Below, in pieces: positions 1 through 8,541 of a DNA stretch of 64,000 nucleotides (the stretch's first letter is position 1; the number at the start of each line of letters is the position of its first letter). The notes under the pieces were generated by a model that saw only the letters and a program-made list of their open reading frames with translations, was not told the DNA's origin and did not search any database. Both the position numbers and the translations under genes were made by a program. The DNA is from Vicinamibacterales bacterium (GTDB lineage: Bacteria; Acidobacteriota; Vicinamibacteria; Vicinamibacterales; 2-12-FULL-66-21). The stretch covers positions 112,929 to 176,928 of the forward strand of contig DASXLB010000004.1 of the NCBI GenBank assembly GCA_036496585.1, read 5' to 3'.

Positions 1-2389
1 GCAGTCCGATCTCGCGCCTGCGCTCGCTGACCCCGCCGGCCAGGATGCCGTAGATGCCGATCGCCGCGAGCCCGAGCGCGATCGCGGCAAAGCCCCCGAA
101 CACGCGTAGCGCGAAGCGGCGCTGCGCCTCGGACGCCTCGACCAGCGCCGACAGTGTCGCGACGCGGACGATCGGCTGATCCTTGTCGAGCGTCCAGATG
201 GCCTGCTCCACGCCACGGGCGAGCGCCGCCGGGTTGCCGATCGCGCGGACGACGTAGGACATGGTTGTCTCGGGGTACCACGTTTGATCGACGCTCAGGT
301 AGACCGCGTCGGCATCGGTCGCCGCGAGCGACGCCTGCCGGACGTTGCCGGCGACGCCGACAATCGTGAACGGGCCTGCCGATCCGACGTGCAGCCGTCG
401 GCCGATCGGATCGTCGCCGCCGAAGCGCGCCGCCGCGAGCGCCGCGCTGATCACGACGACCGCGGGCGCGTCGCGGCGATCGTGCTCGTCTATGCCCCGG
501 CCGCGCAGGATCGGGATGCCGGTCGTGTCGAAGTAGCCGGGGCTCACCGCGTAGCGGTAGACCGCGAAGCGGTCGGCCGGTCGTCCGCCCTCTTCGTCGA
601 ACCGCGCGCCGTACTCGTCGCGGTCGCCGCTGAGTGGCAGCTGCGAGGTCGCCGCCGCGGCGGTGACACCCGGGACGCGCCGCACCGCGTCGAGCGCCTG
701 CAGGTGAAAGCGCGCCGCCGCCGCCGGTTCGTTGAAGCGGCGCCCCGCAAGCTGCAGCTGCAGCGACAGCCGATCGGAGGTCTCGAAGCCGAGCGGCATC
801 GACAGCAGGCCGCCGATGCTGCGCATCAGCAGACCGGCGCCGACCAGCAGCACCAGGGCCAGCGCCACTTCGGCGACGACCAGCAGGCGGCGGACGCGGC
901 CGTGACCGCCCGCGCTGCGGTGTGACGCATCCTGGATGTCGCGATGCGGATCGCGGCCGGCGGCTTCGAGCGCCGGCAGCGTTCCGAAAGCGAGGCCGGC
1001 GATGGTTGCCAGCGCGAGCGCAAAGGCGAGGACCTGGCCGTCGACCGCGATCGCGGCGACGCGTGGCAGCGCGGCCGGCGCGATCGTGACCAGCGCCCGG
1101 ACGGCGAACACGGCGAACACGACGCCCGCGACCGCCGAGAGGACGGCCAGCAGCACGCTTTCGGTCAGCACGTGTAGGACCAGTCGTGCCCGTCCGGCGC
1201 CGAGCGCCGCCCGCAGCGCGAACTCGCCGCGGCGGTGCGCTCCCCTGGCGAGGAGCAGGTTGGTGACGTTGACGCAGGCGATGATCAAGACCAGCAGGAC
1301 AGCACCCGTCATCGCCACCAGCACCGGCCGGACACCGGCGACGAGCGTGCCATGCAGCGAGGCGATCGACACCTGCGTGTCAGGGGCGTAGGTTTCGGGA
1401 CGATGCGCCGCGATCATCGCCCGTCCCGCCGCGGCGGCGTCGAGTGTGGCCGATGCCAGGCTCTGCCGGTCCGCGAGCCGCACGATCGTCCGGAGGTGGT
1501 GTCCCCATTCGCGGCCGTCGCTCGGCAGCGCCGGGTCGTACTGCAGGGGCGTCCAGATTTCGGCCGCGGGTGCCAGCACGTCCTCGAACGCCGCCGGCAT
1601 CACGCCGGCGACGACGTAGGGCGTGTCGTCGAGACGCACGGTGCTGCCGACGATCGCCGGATCGGCGGCGAATCGGCGCCGCCAGAGCGAATCGGCGACG
1701 ATCGCCACCCTTGCGGCCCCCGGGCGGTCGTCGTCGGGGGTGAAGTCGTGGCCGAAGGCCGGCGCGACGCCGAGGGCGGCGAAGAAGCCGGAGGTGACGC
1801 GCTGTCCCTCGAGACGCTCCGGCACGTCGCGCCCGGCCAGCGCCGGCTGCCACCGGCGCATCGCCGCCAGCGCGTCGAACGTGCGTGTCTCCTCGGCCAG
1901 CGCGCGGTACATGGCGAATGTGCTCACATCGGCGCGGCCGTTCTCGAGCACGATGCCGATGCGATCGGCGGCAGGGTAGGGAAGCGGCGCGAACAGGATC
2001 GGGTTCACGGCGCTGAAGATCGCCGTGCTGGCGCCGACGCCGATCGCCAGCGTCAGAACGGCGACGGTGGTGAAGCCGGGGGAGCGACGCAGCCGCCGCG
2101 CGCCCTGCCGCACGTCGTCGACGAGCGTCGCCGCGAGGTGCTCCCAGCCGGACGATCGCACGCTTTCACGGATGGCGACGGAGTCTCCCCACGCGAGACG
2201 CGCGCGCCGGCGCGCCTCGGCCGGAGGGACGCCGCCGGCTTCCAGGTCGGCGGCCGATTCATCGAGGAAGTGACGGATCTCGTCGTCGGTGTCGCGGTCG
2301 GCGCGGGCCGGATCGCGCAGCGCGCGGATGCCGCGAACGAGGGCGGGCCAGCGCCAGCCTCGCCGAGGCGTCAGCGGCGGAGGGGCCAC
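1..2389 (-). CDS. ADOP-type (MacB-like, duplicated FtsX) permease with N-terminal cytoplasmic prefix; 3' end cut by window edge
   Basis: Absent from the ORF track because it runs off the left edge. Reverse-strand reading from GTG 2389 gives MAPPPLTPRRGWRWPALVRGIRALRDPARADRDTDDEIRHFLDESAADLEAGGVPPAEARRRARLAWGD. In the same frame, positions 130-2 read EAQRRFALRVFGGFAAIALGLAAIGIYGILAGGVSERRREIGL (FtsX domain). The start lies 2 nt after the PadR stop (TGA 2394-2392). Frame continuity was checked only at both ends. Confidence 0.85.
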   Translation of the reverse strand, partial: MAPPPLTPRRGWRWPALVRGIRALRDPARADRDTDDEIRHFLDESAADLEAGGVPPAEARRRARLAWGDSVAIRESVRSSGWEHLAATLVDDVRQGARRLRRSPGFTTVAVLTLAIGVGASTAIFSAVNPILFAPLPYPAADRIGIVLENGRADVSTFAMYRALAEETRTFDALAAMRRWQPALAGRDVPERLEGQRVTSGFFAALGVAPAFGHDFTPDDDRPGAARVAIVADSLWRRRFAADPAIVGSTVRLDDTPYVVAGVMPAAFEDVLAPAAEIWTPLQYDPALPSDGREWGHHLRTIVRLADRQSLASATLDAAAAGRAMIAAHRPETYAPDTQVSIASLHGTLVAGVRPVLVAMTGAVLLVLIIACVNVTNLLLARGAHRRGEFALRAALGAGRARLVLHVLTESVLLAVLSAVAGVVFAVFAVRALVTIAPAALPRVAAIAVDGQVLAFALALATIAGLAFGTLPALEAAGRDPHRDIQDASHRSAGGHGRVRRLLVVAEVALALVLLVGAGLLMRSIGGLLSMPLGFETSDRLSLQLQLAGRRFNEPAAAARFHLQALDAVRRVPGVTAAAATSQLPLSGDRDEYGARFDEEGGRPADRFAVYRYAVSPGYFDTTGIPILRGRGIDEHDRRDAPAVVVISAALAAARFGGDDPIGRRLHVGSAGPFTIVGVAGNVRQASLAATDADAVYLSVDQTWYPETTMSYVVRAIGNPAALARGVEQAIWTLDKDQPIVRVATLSALVEASEAQRRFALRVFGGFAAIALGLAAIGIYGILAGGVSERRREIGL

Positions 2390-2391
2390 GG

Positions 2392-2718
2392 TCAGCTCTC
2401 CGCCTTCAACAGGCGCGCGATCGCTCCGGCGCGCCGCGCCCAGTCGGCCGTCTCGACATCGAGCTGCCTGCGGCCGGCCCGAGTCAGGCTGTACACGCGC
2501 GCGCGCCGGGCGTTCTCGGTCTGCCGCCACTCGGCCTCGAGCCAGCCGGCGCCTTCGAGGCGCTGCAGCGCGGTCAGCAACGAGCCGGGGTTGACCTTGA
2601 AGACGCCGCGCGACATCTGCTCGACTCGGCGGGCGATGCCGAAGCCGTGCATCGGCGCCAGGCTGAGGGTCTTGAGAATCAGCATGTCGAGGGTGCCCGG
2701 GATCATCTCGTCGGCCAT
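2392..2718 (-). CDS. PadR family transcriptional regulator
   Basis: 108-aa track ORF. Winged-helix PadR signature IPGTLDMLILKTLSLAPMHGFGIARRVEQ...LLTALQRLEGAGWLEAEW...RRARVYSLTRAGRRQL. Sits directly upstream of the ADOP permease. Confidence 0.93.
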   Translation of the reverse strand: MADEMIPGTLDMLILKTLSLAPMHGFGIARRVEQMSRGVFKVNPGSLLTALQRLEGAGWLEAEWRQTENARRARVYSLTRAGRRQLDVETADWARRAGAIARLLKAES

Positions 2719-2724
2719 GCCCCG

Positions 2725-2753
2725 ACGCTACCCCTTCTCATCTTGGCTGTCAA
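2725..2753 (-). promoter_or_regulatory. Sigma70-like promoter of the PadR gene: -35 TTGACA (2753-2748), 17-nt spacer, -10 TAGCGT (2730-2725), 6 nt to ATG
   Basis: The reverse strand reads TCACATCTTGACAGCCAAGATGAGAAGGGGTAGCGTCGGGGCATG. The -35 is a perfect consensus with optimal spacing, and the -10 fits TANNNT. Only 6 nt separate the -10 from the start codon, implying a leaderless mRNA. Confidence 0.55.
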
Positions 2754-2760
2754 GATGTGA
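2736..2760. promoter_or_regulatory. Inverted repeat CATCTTG-N5-CAAGATG (perfect core 2739-2757; 10-bp arms with 1 mismatch over 2736-2760), candidate PadR operator
   Basis: Read directly from the sequence. It overlaps the -35 and spacer of the PadR promoter and lies in the divergent region toward the VOC gene at 2796. Confidence 0.45.
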
Positions 2761-2795
2761 GCCGCAAGAGGAGCCGGATCGTGGTGAAATAGGGC

Positions 2796-3188
2796 GTGGC
2801 CCTCGCCCATTTCACACTCGCCACCCCGGACATCGACCGGACCGCCGCGTTCCTGGAGCGGACGCTCGGCTACGCCCGCAAGCGGCTGCCGCCCAACGTG
2901 GTGGGCGAAGCCATCTGGCTCGACATCGGCGGCGGCCAGGAGCTGCACGTGCTGCACGTGCCGGGCTTCGCCATCTCCGCGTTCGAGGCGGAGTACGGCC
3001 GGCACGTGGCGCTCTTCCATCCCCGGTCGGCCTTTCCGGCGCTGAAGGCCCGGCTGCTCGGTGAGGGGGGCGTCCTGATCGATCCGATCCGGCCGACGCC
3101 GTTCGAGCGGTTCTTCTTCCGCGAGCCGGTCAACGGCTACGTCTTCGAGATCATCGATCTGGAACGCGCGTCGCGAACGAGCGAGTGA
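2796..3188 (+). CDS. VOC (glyoxalase/bleomycin-resistance/dioxygenase) family protein
   Basis: 130-aa track ORF with GTG start. The sequence HFTLATPDIDRTAAFLERTLGY...ELHVLHV...HVALFHP...GYVFEIIDL is typical of VOC-fold proteins. Confidence 0.75.
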   Translation: MALAHFTLATPDIDRTAAFLERTLGYARKRLPPNVVGEAIWLDIGGGQELHVLHVPGFAISAFEAEYGRHVALFHPRSAFPALKARLLGEGGVLIDPIRPTPFERFFFREPVNGYVFEIIDLERASRTSE

Positions 3189-3227
3189 CGCTGCCGGGGA
3201 GCCCGCAGGGCGACGCCCCGCTGATGA

Positions 3228-3617
3228 CTAGCGAGCGAGCCATTTGGACCAGTAGAACGTCATCGGCACCGGCCCGGTGTTGGTGATGCCGTGCAGCACG
3301 TCACCGGCGCAGTACATCATGTCGCCGGGGCCCACCTGGGTCGTCACGCCGGCGCACTCGATCTCGCCGGTGCCGCTCGCGATGGTCAGCGTCTCCTCTT
3401 CCGGATGCCGGTGCGGCGGATGCGGGCTGGCGCCAGGCTCGAGCACCGCCATGCCGGTGCACATCCCGCCCAGCATGTCGGTCGGGCCGTTGTAGTGCAC
3501 GAAGACCCGGCAGCCTGGATGGAGCTCGGCCGGCACGGCGTCGATCGTGATGACACCGTCCTGCAGTTTCGCCGCGGTGGTCGCCGCGTCGACTTTGGCG
3601 TTGGGGGTTTGAGCCAT
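3228..3617 (-). CDS. Cupin domain protein
   Basis: C-terminal 129 codons of track ORF 3228..3761. Cupin motifs GASPHPPHRHPEEETLTIASGTGE and GDVLHGITNTG. I moved the start to ATG 3617 (MAQTPNAK) because the upstream 48 codons overlap the 5' end of the divergent gene at 3658. Confidence 0.8.
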   Translation of the reverse strand: MAQTPNAKVDAATTAAKLQDGVITIDAVPAELHPGCRVFVHYNGPTDMLGGMCTGMAVLEPGASPHPPHRHPEEETLTIASGTGEIECAGVTTQVGPGDMMYCAGDVLHGITNTGPVPMTFYWSKWLAR

Positions 3618-3644
3618 GGGTGAAATTCTATAAGAGGTCGGAGG

Positions 3645-3650
3645 TAGTAT
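3645..3650 (+). promoter_or_regulatory. -10-like box TAGTAT, 7 nt upstream of ATG 3658
   Basis: Fits TANNNT. A GGAGG sits 13 nt upstream of the ATG (long spacing), so leadered versus leaderless is ambiguous. Confidence 0.3.
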
Positions 3651-3657
3651 CGCCACC

Positions 3658-5868
3658 ATGACCGAGCTCACCCGGCGTGCGTTCCTGCAGACGACGGCTG
3701 CGGCCGGCGCGTTCGCGTCGGTCGGATTCACGGACGCGTCCGCCGCACAGCCGCCCGCCACGTGGTTCGACCGGCCAATGCGCTGGGTTCAGCTGACGCT
3801 GGTCGAAAACGATCCCGGGCGATTCGACCCGCAGTTCTGGCTCGACTACTTCGGGCGTCTGCACGCCGACGCCGCGACCCTGAGCGCCGGCGGCATCGTC
3901 GCCTACTACCCGACCGACGTGCCGCTGCACCATCGCAGCGCCTGGCTCGGCGACGGGGATCCGTTCGGCACGCTCGTCAAGGGCTGCCGCGCGCTCGACA
4001 TGAACGTGGTCGCGCGCGTCGATCCGCACGCCGTGCGCGACGAGGTCCGCCAGGCGCATCCCGACTGGATCGCGGTGACGGCCGACGGCCAGCCGCGCCG
4101 CCACTGGGCGAACCCCGACCTGTGGGTCAGCTGCGCGCTCGGCCCCTACAACTTCGACTTCATGGATCGCGTCAATCGCGAGATCGTCGCCAAGTACGCG
4201 GTCGACGGCGTGTTCGCGAATCGCTGGGCGCCGCAGGGGGGCGACTGTTACTGCGTGCACTGTCAGGAGAACTTCCGCCGCGCCGCCGGCCTCGCGCTGC
4301 CGCGCACGACCGATCCGCGCGATCCGGTGCGGCGCCGCTTCGTCGAGTGGCGCGTGGCACGCCTGACCGAGCTGTGGCAGCACTGGGACGCCAGTATCCG
4401 CGGCGTCCGCGCCGAAGCCCGCTTCATTCCGAACGGCCCGCCCGACATGAAGACGGCGGCGGAGCTTGCCGACATCCAGTTCGCCGACTTCCAGGCCCGC
4501 CGCGGGCTGACGCCGCCGTGGGCGAACGGCCGCCGCGCCAAGGAGTTCCGCGCCGTGATGGGGCGCAAGCCGGTCGCCGGCATCTTCAGCGTCGGTCTCG
4601 AGGAGCCGTATCGCTGGAAGGACTCGGTGCAGACCGAGCCGGAAGTGCAGCTCTGGGTTGCCGACGCCACCGCCCACGGCATGCGCCCCTGGGTGACCAA
4701 GTTCTCGGGCGTCGTCTACGACCGGCGCTGGCTGCCGATCGTCGAGCGCATCTACGACTGGCACTACCGGCACGAGCGCTATCTGCGCAACGAGCGCTCG
4801 CTCGCCCGCGTCGCGCTGCTGCACTCGGAACAGACCGAGGCGTTCCACCCGGGGATGGCGGACGGGGCCCGCCACGCGGATCACGTGCTCGGCATGTACC
4901 AGGCGCTGGTCGAGGCGCGCGTGCCGTTCGACATGGTGCACGAGGCGCTGCTCACGCCCGATCGCCTCGATCAATACCGGCTGCTGGTGCTCGCCGACGC
5001 GGCGGCGCTGTCGGTGCCGCAGTGCGAGGCGATTCGCCGCTATCTGCAGCGCGGCGGCAGCCTGATCGCGACGTTCGCCACGTCGCTCTTCGACGAGGTG
5101 GGTGTGCAGCGCCCCGATTTCGCGCTCGCCGACGTCTTCGGCGTCTCGTACGGCGGCCGTGTCGAAGGACCGATGCACAACTCCTATCTGGCGCTCGAGT
5201 CGGGAGCGGACGGCCGCCGCCATCCGATCCTCGCGGGTCTCGAAGGGACGCCCCGCATCATCAACGGTGTGTTCCGCCTCGACGTCCGCCCGGCCGGGTC
5301 AGACCGGGGTCAAACGGGGGTCAGACCCGCGTCTGACCCCGGTCTGACCCCGGCGCCCCTGACGCTCATTCCGCCGTATCCCGATCTGCCGATGGAGGAC
5401 GTCTACCCGCGGGTGCCCCACACCGACACGCCGGGTGTCTACCTGCGCGATCTCGGCCGCAGCCGCGTCGTCTATTTTCCGTGGGACATCGACCGGACGT
5501 TCTGGGACGTGCTCGCCGTCGATCACCTCACACTGTTGAAGAACGCGGTGACGTGGGCGGCGAACGGACCGTCACCGGTGACCGTCGACGGCCCGGGCGT
5601 GCTCGACGTCGCGATCTGGCGACAGGCGGCGTCGACGACCGTGCACCTGGTCAATCTCACGAACCCGATGATGATGAAGGGGCCGTTGCGCGAGGCGATC
5701 CCGGTCGGTCCGCTGCACGTGCGCGTGCCGCTGACCGACGGCCGTCGTCCGTCGAAGGTCTCGTTGCTGACGGCCGGCACCGCCGTGCCGGTCCGCATCG
5801 AGAACGGCGTCCTGCTGGTCGACGTGCCGTCGGTGGCCGTGCACGAAGTGATTGCGATCGACGACTAG
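3658..5868 (+). CDS. TAT-exported GH42-like / putative glycoside hydrolase with beta-galactosidase-trimerisation-like C-terminal region
   Basis: 736-aa track ORF. Twin-arginine signal MTELTRRAFLQTTAAAGAFASV. The CYCVHC cluster resembles the CxCxxC zinc site of GH42 beta-galactosidases. Family call is from motif recollection only. Confidence 0.7.
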   Translation: MTELTRRAFLQTTAAAGAFASVGFTDASAAQPPATWFDRPMRWVQLTLVENDPGRFDPQFWLDYFGRLHADAATLSAGGIVAYYPTDVPLHHRSAWLGDGDPFGTLVKGCRALDMNVVARVDPHAVRDEVRQAHPDWIAVTADGQPRRHWANPDLWVSCALGPYNFDFMDRVNREIVAKYAVDGVFANRWAPQGGDCYCVHCQENFRRAAGLALPRTTDPRDPVRRRFVEWRVARLTELWQHWDASIRGVRAEARFIPNGPPDMKTAAELADIQFADFQARRGLTPPWANGRRAKEFRAVMGRKPVAGIFSVGLEEPYRWKDSVQTEPEVQLWVADATAHGMRPWVTKFSGVVYDRRWLPIVERIYDWHYRHERYLRNERSLARVALLHSEQTEAFHPGMADGARHADHVLGMYQALVEARVPFDMVHEALLTPDRLDQYRLLVLADAAALSVPQCEAIRRYLQRGGSLIATFATSLFDEVGVQRPDFALADVFGVSYGGRVEGPMHNSYLALESGADGRRHPILAGLEGTPRIINGVFRLDVRPAGSDRGQTGVRPASDPGLTPAPLTLIPPYPDLPMEDVYPRVPHTDTPGVYLRDLGRSRVVYFPWDIDRTFWDVLAVDHLTLLKNAVTWAANGPSPVTVDGPGVLDVAIWRQAASTTVHLVNLTNPMMMKGPLREAIPVGPLHVRVPLTDGRRPSKVSLLTAGTAVPVRIENGVLLVDVPSVAVHEVIAIDD
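5296..5351. repeat. REP-like nested palindromic element: three GGGTCA(G/A)AC units followed by two inverted GTCTGACCCC units, in-frame inside the GH42-like CDS
   Basis: Sequence is GGGTCAGACC GGGGTCAAAC GGGGGTCAGACCC GC GTCTGACCCC GGTCTGACCCC. The core GGGGTCAGAC-CCGC-GTCTGACCCC (5317-5340) is a perfect 10-bp stem. A second 10-bp tier (5306-5315 / 5342-5351) has 1 mismatch. Both strands translate to near-identical peptides in the ORF track (GQTGV[KR]RGSDPRLTPV). Confidence 0.8.
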
Positions 5869-5896
5869 CGCCGGCCCCTCGGATCAGGCCGGGGAC

Positions 5897-7243
5897 TCAG
5901 GTGATCTGCGGCAGCGTCCACGGCGCGCGGTACGGGCGCAGGACGTACTTCTCCTGCTCGGCGTCGTCGGCGATCGTCTCGGCGGCGATGTCCCAGTGCA
6001 CGCGGCGGCCGGTGCGGAAGGCGATGTTCCCGAGGTGGCAGGCGATCATCGAGTTGTGGCCGACCTCGACATCGGACGTGGGACGCTGGCGCGAGTCGAG
6101 GCAGTCGAGGAAATCCTTCATGTGCGCCAGGCCCATGTCGCCGGAAGCGCCGCGGTGCGGCTCACCCTGCATGCGGTAGCGCTTCTTGCCGTTCGTCGTT
6201 TCGGTCTCGGGCAGCACTTCCCAGCCGCTGCGGTCGACCACGAGCACGCCGTTGTTGCCGTGGAAGGCGACGCCGTGGTCGCGCATGTAGGGTCCCTGGC
6301 CGATCGCCGTCGCGTGCTCCCAGATCACGCTGTAGCCCTCGTATTCCCAGAGGGCCTGCTGCGTGTCGGGCGTCTCCTCCGCGTCTTCGGGGAATCCGAA
6401 CTTGCCGCCGACCGAGGTCGCTGATTTCGGCGCCGTGACGCCCATGCCCCAGTTGGCGACGTCGAGCATGTGCGCGCCCCAGTCGGTCATCAGGCCGCCC
6501 GAATAATCGTAGTACCAGCGAAAATTGAAGTGGAAGCGGTTCTTGTTGAACGGCCGTTTCGCTGCCGGACCGAGCCACATGTCGTAGTCGACGCTCGCCG
6601 GCGGCGCCGTGTCGGGCACCGGCGCGATGTTGCCCATCCAGTCCTGATAGGCCCACGCCTTGACGACGCGGATCGTGCCGAGCGCGCCGGATTTCACGTA
6701 GGCGATCGCATCCTTGAAATGGTTCGAGCTGCGCTGCTGCGTGCCCATCTGCACGACGCGGTTGTAGCGCCGCGCCGCCTTGACCATCACCCGGCCTTCG
6801 CCGATCGTCAGCGCCAGCGGCTTCTCGACGTAGACGTCCTTGCCGGCCTGGCAGGCCAGGACCGTCGGCAGGGCGTGCCAGTGATCGGGGGTGCCGATGA
6901 TCACCGCGTCGACGTCCTGGCGATCGAGGACGCGCCGGAAATCGCGCCCGGCGTTGTCGGGCTGCTGATTGAATTCGCCGTGGACGCGCTGGGCCGCTTT
7001 GGCGAGCTGCTCGTCGTCCACGTCGCAGAGGGCGACGACCTGCGCGCCGAGCCGCAGCGCGTTGCGCAGGTCGGAAGTGCCCTGGCCGCCGCAGCCGATG
7101 AGCGCGACGCGGACGCGCCGGTTGGCGCCGGCAGCTCGGTCCTGGGATTCGGCGTTCGACGCCATCGACGTGGCCAGCACGCCGCCGGCGGCGCCGGTGG
7201 CGGCGTGCTTCAGGAATGTCCGGCGGCTGCTCACGGGTCTCAT
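5897..7243 (-). CDS. TAT-exported Gfo/Idh/MocA family oxidoreductase
   Basis: Track ORF 5897..7267. Start set to ATG 7243 (MRPVSSRRTFLKHAATGAAGG, twin-arginine signal), which is preceded by GGAGGTGAAG. Rossmann motif VALIGCGGQG and the EKP motif VYVEKPLA are present. Confidence 0.88.
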   Translation of the reverse strand: MRPVSSRRTFLKHAATGAAGGVLATSMASNAESQDRAAGANRRVRVALIGCGGQGTSDLRNALRLGAQVVALCDVDDEQLAKAAQRVHGEFNQQPDNAGRDFRRVLDRQDVDAVIIGTPDHWHALPTVLACQAGKDVYVEKPLALTIGEGRVMVKAARRYNRVVQMGTQQRSSNHFKDAIAYVKSGALGTIRVVKAWAYQDWMGNIAPVPDTAPPASVDYDMWLGPAAKRPFNKNRFHFNFRWYYDYSGGLMTDWGAHMLDVANWGMGVTAPKSATSVGGKFGFPEDAEETPDTQQALWEYEGYSVIWEHATAIGQGPYMRDHGVAFHGNNGVLVVDRSGWEVLPETETTNGKKRYRMQGEPHRGASGDMGLAHMKDFLDCLDSRQRPTSDVEVGHNSMIACHLGNIAFRTGRRVHWDIAAETIADDAEQEKYVLRPYRAPWTLPQIT

Positions 7244-7366
7244 CTTCACCTCCGACGCCGTCACCATAGCGCGGGCGCGCCGGCGTTGTCACGGACGATC
7301 GTCGGGCCGCCGCCGCGGGCGCACCGCGGGTGTAGACTGACGGCTTTCCCTTTGAAGGAGGAACCC

Positions 7367-7876
7367 ATGAACGCAGATCAGGCCCGTGCAGTCGCCGACG
7401 CGATGATCGGGTCGCTCGAGAGCGAATCGGTCGCGACCCGCAAGGTCATCGCCGCGGTTCCGGCTGCCAACCGCGACTACAGGCCGGACGCGAAATCGCG
7501 GACGGCGTGGGAGATCGCCACGCATCTGGCGACGAGCGACATCTGGTTCGCCGACTGCATCCTCAACGGCAAATTCGACTGGACGGGCGACCCGCCGCTG
7601 CCGAAGGAGTTCACCGATCCGGGGGCCGTGGCGAAATGGCACGAGAAGCATTTCGGCGAGAAGCTCGCCGCGATCCGCGCCTTGACGCCGGCGCAGCTGC
7701 TCGCCGACGCAGATTTCTTCGGATCGAAAGGGCCGGTCGTGACGTATCTCGTGGCCTTCAACAACCATCACATCCATCATCGCGGTCAGCTCGCGGCGTA
7801 TCTGCGTGCGGCCGGCTCGAAGGTGCCGGCCATCTACGGCATCAGCGCCGACGAGAACCTGATGGCACAGGCCTGA
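7367..7876 (+). CDS. DinB family protein
   Basis: C-terminal part of track ORF 6470..7876. ATG 7367 is preceded by GAAGGAGG. The sequence MNADQARAVADAMIGSLESES...WEIATHLA...NNHHIHHRGQLAAYLR is a typical DinB/YfiT-like His triad fold. Confidence 0.85.
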   Translation: MNADQARAVADAMIGSLESESVATRKVIAAVPAANRDYRPDAKSRTAWEIATHLATSDIWFADCILNGKFDWTGDPPLPKEFTDPGAVAKWHEKHFGEKLAAIRALTPAQLLADADFFGSKGPVVTYLVAFNNHHIHHRGQLAAYLRAAGSKVPAIYGISADENLMAQA

Positions 7877-7879
7877 CGG

Positions 7880-8230
7880 GTGGCCGATCGGGGGGCCCGC
7901 CTCGTCTATTCCTCGGCGGCCGGGCGCGTCTGCAGGAGTTGCGGGCAGCCCGAACGCGGGTGCCGCTGCGGCGAGAAACCGTCGGCGGCGGTGCCCGGCC
8001 GGCCGGTCGCCAAACTCCGGGTCGAACGGGCCGGGCGCGGCGGCAAGACGGTCACGGTCGTGTTCGGGCTGCCGGAGAACGCGGATTTCCTGAGGGATCT
8101 GGCGCAGGATCTCAAGAAGGCGTGTGGGACCGGCGGCGCCGTCCGCACCGACGGCGTCGAGCTGCAGGGGGATCAGTGCGACCGGGTGCGGGAGCTCCTG
8201 GTTGCACGGAATTTCACAGTCAAAGGCTAG
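7880..8230 (+). CDS. yciH: SUI1/eIF1-family translation initiation factor-like protein (YciH-like)
   Basis: 116-aa track ORF. N-terminal Cys-rich segment CRSCGQPERGCRCG, then a SUI1 core: RVERAGRGGKTVTVVFGL...LAQDLKKACGTGGAV...GVELQGD. Confidence 0.85.
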   Translation: MADRGARLVYSSAAGRVCRSCGQPERGCRCGEKPSAAVPGRPVAKLRVERAGRGGKTVTVVFGLPENADFLRDLAQDLKKACGTGGAVRTDGVELQGDQCDRVRELLVARNFTVKG

Positions 8231-8288
8231 GTGTTCGTTCTTTTGAGAGATCGGCTATACTCGGCCCCTCTTTTTCTTAAGGACGGAC

Positions 8289-8492
8289 ATGGCTTCGAAC
8301 GGCACGATCAAGCGTCTGGTTAGCGACAAGGGTTTCGGGTTCATCCTGGCGGAAGACGGCGCGGAGTACTTCTTCCACAATTCCGCGTGCCAGGGCACGC
8401 GCTTCGACCAGCTGCGTGAGGGACAGCCCGTCACGTTCGAGAAGGGTCAGGGCCCCAAGGGCCCGCGCGCCGAGAACGTTCGCGTCGCCTAG
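8289..8492 (+). CDS. cspA: Cold-shock domain protein (CspA family)
   Basis: 67-aa track ORF. RNP-1-like KGFGFI and RNP-2-like YFFH motifs. AAGGA Shine-Dalgarno; AT-rich upstream region containing TATACT (8256-8261). Confidence 0.93.
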   Translation: MASNGTIKRLVSDKGFGFILAEDGAEYFFHNSACQGTRFDQLREGQPVTFEKGQGPKGPRAENVRVA

Positions 8493-8516
8493 TCAGGCGA
8501 CAGCGTGCTGAGCGGA

Positions 8517-8541
8517 GGCCGGTAGCGGGGCGCTGCCGGCC
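8517..8541 (+). terminator. GC-rich hairpin downstream of csp (GGCCGGTAGCG-GGG-CGCTGCCGGCC)
   Basis: 11-bp stem (one G-U pair) with a 3-nt loop, 25 nt after the csp stop. There is no U-tract, so terminator function is uncertain. Confidence 0.35.

Noticed and set aside
3628-5223. 531-aa minus-strand ORF and 524-aa plus-strand off-frame ORF (3762..5336).
   Set aside because: Both are shadows of the GH42-like CDS: low-complexity Arg/Ala-rich translations with no start context.
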